In this document: one piece after another, positions 59,265 to 64,000 of the stretch
Layout: each line of letters starts with the position of its first letter
How positions within the stretch are numbered: position 1 is the stretch's first letter
NCBI GenBank assembly: GCA_964036045.1
Contig: OZ038379.1
Coordinates: 57,846,001-57,910,000 of the forward strand
DNA length: 64,000 bases
Reading direction: 5' to 3'
Origin: Eutreptiella sp. 'Long Island Sound 2002'
Lineage: Eukaryota; Protista; Euglenida
Position numbers and translations under genes: made by a program
Notes under the pieces: model-generated
The model's input: the letters and a program-made list of their open reading frames with translations, nothing else
Told to the model about the DNA's origin: nothing
Database searches by the model: none

Positions 59265-60144
59265 CCCTTCGTGAGCGGGGGTTAAGTGGCCGTTTGAATG
59301 GAGCGTGAATTTCATGTGAATTTGACCTTTTTTCGTGTTTTTTCGGGAAAACACTACATTTTGGCTTCAACATGACGTATTAGATGTGGCAAACCGCAAG
59401 CCCCATTTTCAGTCACCATGATTCAGTGAAAGTCCCACCCCAATCGGACCCATGAGGCCCAAATGGCGCCCAAAAGAAATTCCGACAACATGTTACGCTA
59501 CCTTTGGGCCTGAATTTGCGAAGTTCGTACGAATTTCGTGCGAAATTCGTACGAAATTCGTGCGAATTCGGCAGATACGTATGAAATTTGTGCAAATGTG
59601 GCGCGCACTGCCTGCGGATTTCACCAGAATCTCCGGATTCGTACGAAATTCGTGCGAATTTTGTACGAATTTGGTACGAATTTCCTAAAATTCCAAATTT
59701 TAGCAAAAACTCACCCGAATTCACGTGAAATTCACGCATGCCTGAATTTGGTAAATTCGTGTTGCGTTCACGGTTATTGAGCCGAACATTCGCAAGCTAC
59801 CAACAAGGTAAAACATCAAATTTCAAGACATTTTTAGCGACAATGTTTTGGCGAAGAGGGCACAAGAAACGCAAACAATTGCGCCAAGTTACGAGCAAAA
59901 CAAAGCAACAATTTGTTAAATTCACGCTACCGTGAATCTCCCATTCACGGTTATTGAGCCGAACATTCGCAAGCTACCAACAAGGTAAAACATCAAATTT
60001 CAAGACATTTTTAGCGACAATGTTTTGGCGAAGAGGGCACAAGAAACGCAAACGATTGCGCCAAGTTACGAGCAAAACAAAGCAACAATTTGTTAAATTC
60101 ACGCTACCGTGAATCTCCCATTCAAACGGCCGCTTCACGAAGGG
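59265..60144. mobile_element. 880-bp non-autonomous TIR DNA transposon (MITE-like) with TA target duplication
   Basis: TA|CCCTTCGTGA...GCCGTTTGAATGG at left and CCATTCAAACGGC...TCACGAAGGG|TA at right; removal restores the host reading frame. Confidence 0.85.
59767..60120. repeat. 177-bp tandem duplication inside the TIR element
   Basis: TTCACGGTTATTGAGCC...GAATCTCCCA at 59767 and 59944; one mismatch noticed. Confidence 0.95.
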
Positions 60145-60711
60145 TACATGGGTCTCCCCCCCCCTTCTTCTGTTGCGCCGCGGGGACGTGGAACCCCACC
60201 CAGGGCCGATGCGCGTGGCGCAGGCCAATGTCACATCCCTGCGCCTACACTGTTGCGCCTGCATTGGCACATGGTCGCTGAGTGGCGCGCGGATGTGGTG
60301 GTGATCTCACAGACCCACCTCACCGTGGTAGCGCAACAAGTAATGTGTGCCCACGCCGGGGCCTCAGGGGGGCAACCTTTCTAGGGGGCCCCCTTGGAGT
60401 CCCGGGGGGGGGGGGGGGGGCGGCATTTGGGATGCGCCAGCCGGGGAGTGGGTATCCTTGTTCGCCAGGGCATCCCCGCCAGGATTCCTCCCCCCCAAAG
60501 GGGCGCCCTGGAACCGGGCAGACACCCTTGCCCAAACCCTGTGGCACTCCACCCGCTGATGTCATGTCTTGGTGGGCCTGAGGCGGGGGGCGGCTTCCCT
60601 TAATGCCCAAGTAGCGTACATCGTCTCCGCCCAGCCGGCCCTCAAACGGGTCTTCTGGAACCACGCCACGCGATACGTGGCGCGCCACGGGACGGCCCCC
60701 CAGCTGGTGGT

Positions 60712-63700
60712 TTTTAGGTTTTAGGTTTAGCGTGGCCGTGCGGTATTGGTTCGCCCGGGGGCTGGCCTCACGCCTACACAGTAGGAGTGCGGCCGCCGTC
60801 AAGCACTAGGAGGCACCCCACCCAACGGCCCCCCACGCGCTGTTTGGTGCGGGAGCCGGCCGTTCGTCCCGCCGCGCACTACGCGCTCCGTCGTCGCTTC
60901 GTGGGTGCTTCAGGCACGCCGGGATCCATCGCCCGAGCGCGGCGCCTTGTCCCTGGCTACCCGTTGTGTGCCGCCCTCTCGGCGGTCTCTGGTGGCTGTC
61001 GGCGCTCGTCCTCCCCGTAGGCTTCCTCACCTGCCCTGGCATGGGACATGCACTAGTCGGTGGTGTCAGGTGTCACAGACTAGGGTCCGGTAGTAGAGTT
61101 GCATCCCAGGGGACGCCATGCGTTATGACGACCTGCGTGCCAGGGCTGCGATGCACCACGCGCACGGGCCCGTACTTGTGTAACACCTGGTGTAGGACCT
61201 CATGGGACGGGAGGAGGAACAGGTGGGGGTAGTCCCGCGCAGGCAACACAGCCCAAGTGTGCTCTGCGACAGGGACAGGCCCCAGGGCACATATAACATA
61301 TAACGGGCTCACATCCCCCGCCGGCGCAGGTAGAGGTAGTACCGAGGATGCCGCACAGTAAACACGGTTCCAAGGGACAGCTCTGAGCACCACATTGAGG
61401 AGGGCACTGTGAGGCATACTCATATATGCAGCAGGGTGCCAGACGACACTGTGGGGTGTGTTGCGCCCGCGCGGTGCAATCCAGCGCAAAGGCCGCCCTG
61501 CTATGGTATCACGGCAACACACCAAGAAATCAATTAAATTCTGGTGCGGCCAGAGTGCTTGGTCTGCATGGAGGACTCGGCGCATGATCCGGGCCCGGTC
61601 CGCTTCAGTTAGATGACCCCGATGCTCTGGTTGCCCCACTGCGCGCCACATGCCCGTGAGGGAGAGGACATGGACACTGTCAGCCGTCACGACGTGGTCT
61701 GGAGTGGAGACCCCGAGCTGTACCCCGTATGCCAGGGAATGTTTGGTGTCGCACAGCGTGAGACCCTCGACAACATCCAGCGGGGCGCGCACTGTGTGGG
61801 ACAGGCGGCTTACGATGGGGGGACTGAGCCACAGGGCGCGTGCAGCTCGCAGGAGGGCCACATAGGCCGGCGGGCAGCAGTGCAGTAAGTGGTACCAGTT
61901 GTCATGGACTGCCACGCGACAAAAGGGGCACATGTGGCAGCCCACTCCGCGGGGTGCAGGGCATAGTGCATGCAACCTGAGCTGCATTTGTGCGGCGGAC
62001 GTCGGCCTCGCAGAGCTCGGCGTTGGTGTACATGGTCACCCAGGATTGCGGGTCCCATCCGTGCGCCAAGGGGGCTGCGGGAGTAGTAGCCCGGCGGTAT
62101 AGGGTCTCCAGGTGCCCTGCTGGGTCCAAGACGATGCAGCCATCAATCGTTGCGACGGTGCATCCCAGCAGCGCGTCTCGCATGGGGAGAGTGAGGGGCC
62201 CGGCCTGGTCCAGGAACTCTTTGGCAAGGCAATGTGCCCGCTGGTTGAGGGTCGCCAGGGGGTCGACGGCTCATGTGGAGTGCTGGGAACGCACCCAGAC
62301 GTCCCTGCAGGCAAGGTGGGAGCATGCTGAGTGGGCGTACTTGAAGTACCGACTGAGGATGGAGCGCTCCTTGGGGCCCCGGGTGAAGCGGTGCGTACAC
62401 GTGTCTTGGCTGTCAGTGACGAAGATGACCGTGCCGCGCCAGTGTCACAGTTGCCCGAGGGACACTAGACGAGCCAACCATTCCCCATCCTTGCTGGTGG
62501 GCTGGAACACGTGACAGGCGAAGCACAGGACCATCAGTTCACCAGCACATGGGTGCCAATAGGTGGCAGCCCCAGCCACCCGGTTGCCTCGTACCGCCGC
62601 GTCGTAGGCAACATAGATGACATGCATGCCCGCCAGAGCTGCCAAGGAACCTGAGATGCGAAGCGGGCAGGGAGTGAGGGAGAGGTCTGGGACGTTGTGC
62701 ACTTGTAGCCCGTGGGGCTGGAGGGCGGCAATGAGGGTCGGCGTGTTGGAGAGGGGACGGCCATCATGCAGAAGGTAATGGGCAGCAGCCCGGGCCAGCG
62801 GGTGCCTGCAATATGCCGCGTGGAGCATGGTGGACATGAGCTGGACGGCATTGTGCAGCGGTAGGAGCGGGCAGCCTGGACCACCGGCTTGCACGGGCGA
62901 GTGGAGGAACCAGAGGGGGGTCCATTTGGGGAGTAGGTATGTGCGTCGCCAATGACGGCGGGCGACCACCTGTACGCTGGTGAGGTTCGCGGAGGGGAAA
63001 TATGCACCATGAGACACGTAGTTGAAGGATGATAGGGCGTACATGGTGAAAGCCCGGATGCGTAGGAGGGGGTTCATGCGGTGTTCTGCGCCCGCTCGTG
63101 CCGCTACTCGCTTGAACTTGCGTAGGAGCCGCCCCACCGTCTGGCTTACTGGCAGTTGGCTGAGAAGGGGGATACCGACGAGTGTGGGTGTTGTGCGCTC
63201 GGTGTGTGTGTCGAAGCCGGGGACTTCCAGGCGCTGCAAGGCAGGGGAAAGGGCTTGAAGTCTGATGGCGGTGCACTCCAACTTGTGGGGGTTGGGTGTA
63301 CGCCCGACGGCTCGGGAGTACTGGACACAATCGTGCACTGCCTGGGTCAAGCGTTGCAGCGTGGGGGCCAAGAAGATGCGGTCGTCGCTGAAGCTGGCAC
63401 GTGAGCAGGGGAGCAGACCACGTGTGCTTGGGACCATCATGTCAGTGAATTGCCGCATGGTGGTGTTGAGGCATGTTTGCGTGCCCTGAAAGCACTGGTC
63501 GGCAGCATCCCTGATTGGCGCCCTCTCCGGTCACAATAGGCTCCGTGAAGCCCACATCTGTCAATATCCGGATCTGAAGGCCTGCGTAGTACGCGCCGAA
63601 CCAGTGGCCAAAGTTCCAGGTGCCAGGAGTGAGCTGCAGTGTTTCTGTCGCTGCCTGTCTAGGTATGCGGAAGTAGGCATGTGACTCGTCCCATTTGGCC

Positions 63701-64000
63701 AGAGTGACTTGGGATCACTGCAGTAGGCTGCAAAGCATAGCCGCGCGGACGGCGTACACCATGAAGGGGGGCTAAATCTCTTTGCGATAAGCGAACAACT
63801 CCGGGGTGGCGTTGCCTGATAGCTCGAGAGTGGCCCGTATGAGCTGCCACGCCGAGGCGGCTTCAAACGAGGCTAAAGGAGATGACACCGAAAGAGGCCT
63901 GTGGGACTCGAAGAGGTGGGCAACTTTTGGGGCGCCTTTGTATGACCCATACTGTACCGCTGTGCTGACAAAGGTGGCGACGCCATGCCGTCGTGCCTGC
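60712..64000 (-). mobile_element. Non-LTR retrotransposon family C: RT, RNase H, zinc finger and long C-terminal region (5' part beyond window)
   Basis: RT motifs HRPLSV, FAYR, KWDESHAYF, GANQG, SFSDD. RNase H motifs YVAYDAAVRGNRVAGAA, TSKDGEWLA, FVTDSQ, WVRSQH. Zinc finger CHMCPFCRVAVHDNWYHLLHCC. Confidence 0.9.

Larger units (their letters stand above)
58667..60710 (+). mobile_element. Non-LTR retrotransposon fragment: N-terminal ORF, 2A-like peptide, APE N-terminus related to family A; interrupted by a TIR element
   Basis: After excising 59265-60146 the frame reads ...GGVPPCTWVSPPLLLLRRGDVEPHPGPMRVAQANVTSLRLH, then WRADVVVISQTHLT, GVGILVR and NAQVAYIVS, parallel to 23201-23600. Confidence 0.8.

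Noticed and set aside
60711-60730. True telomeric array
   Set aside because: Fewer than three imperfect units, internal position, and not TTAGGG.
1-64000. Most 60-150 aa ORFs in the supplied track; rRNA or canonical tRNA genes
   Set aside because: These ORFs are largely overlapping or antisense shadows of GC-rich retroelements and simple repeats; no rRNA or complete tRNA cloverleaf was recognised.

Overview
Repeat-rich, intron-containing eukaryotic nuclear DNA, most likely from a euglenozoan and probably a euglenid. This is inferred from an EF-hand gene resembling the kinetoplastid I/6 autoantigen but split by a ~3.2 kb GT-AG intron. Bases 1-19 kb hold two well-supported exons of that gene (+ strand) and scattered candidate exons of a convergent gene (- strand). 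Bases 21-64 kb are mostly non-LTR retrotransposons of at least three families, plus MITE-like, satellite and microsatellite repeats. The best feature is a near full-length LINE at 21223-28405 (ORF1; APE endonuclease-RT ORF2; tandem Cys/His C-terminal motif). It is flanked on both sides by (CA)8-9, and its first 59 nt fold by hand into a complete HDV-like ribozyme whose predicted cleavage site is the element boundary. Other highlights are a 2A-like peptide before an APE domain (revealed by removing a TA-flanked TIR element in silico), two LINE families carrying RNase H, and a CTAG excess with C-to-T nonsense mutations suggesting CG plus CAG/CTG methylation-type mutagenesis of repeats. All calls were made by eye with no database searches. 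Coordinates of decayed elements are approximate, and family labels A/B/C are my own.
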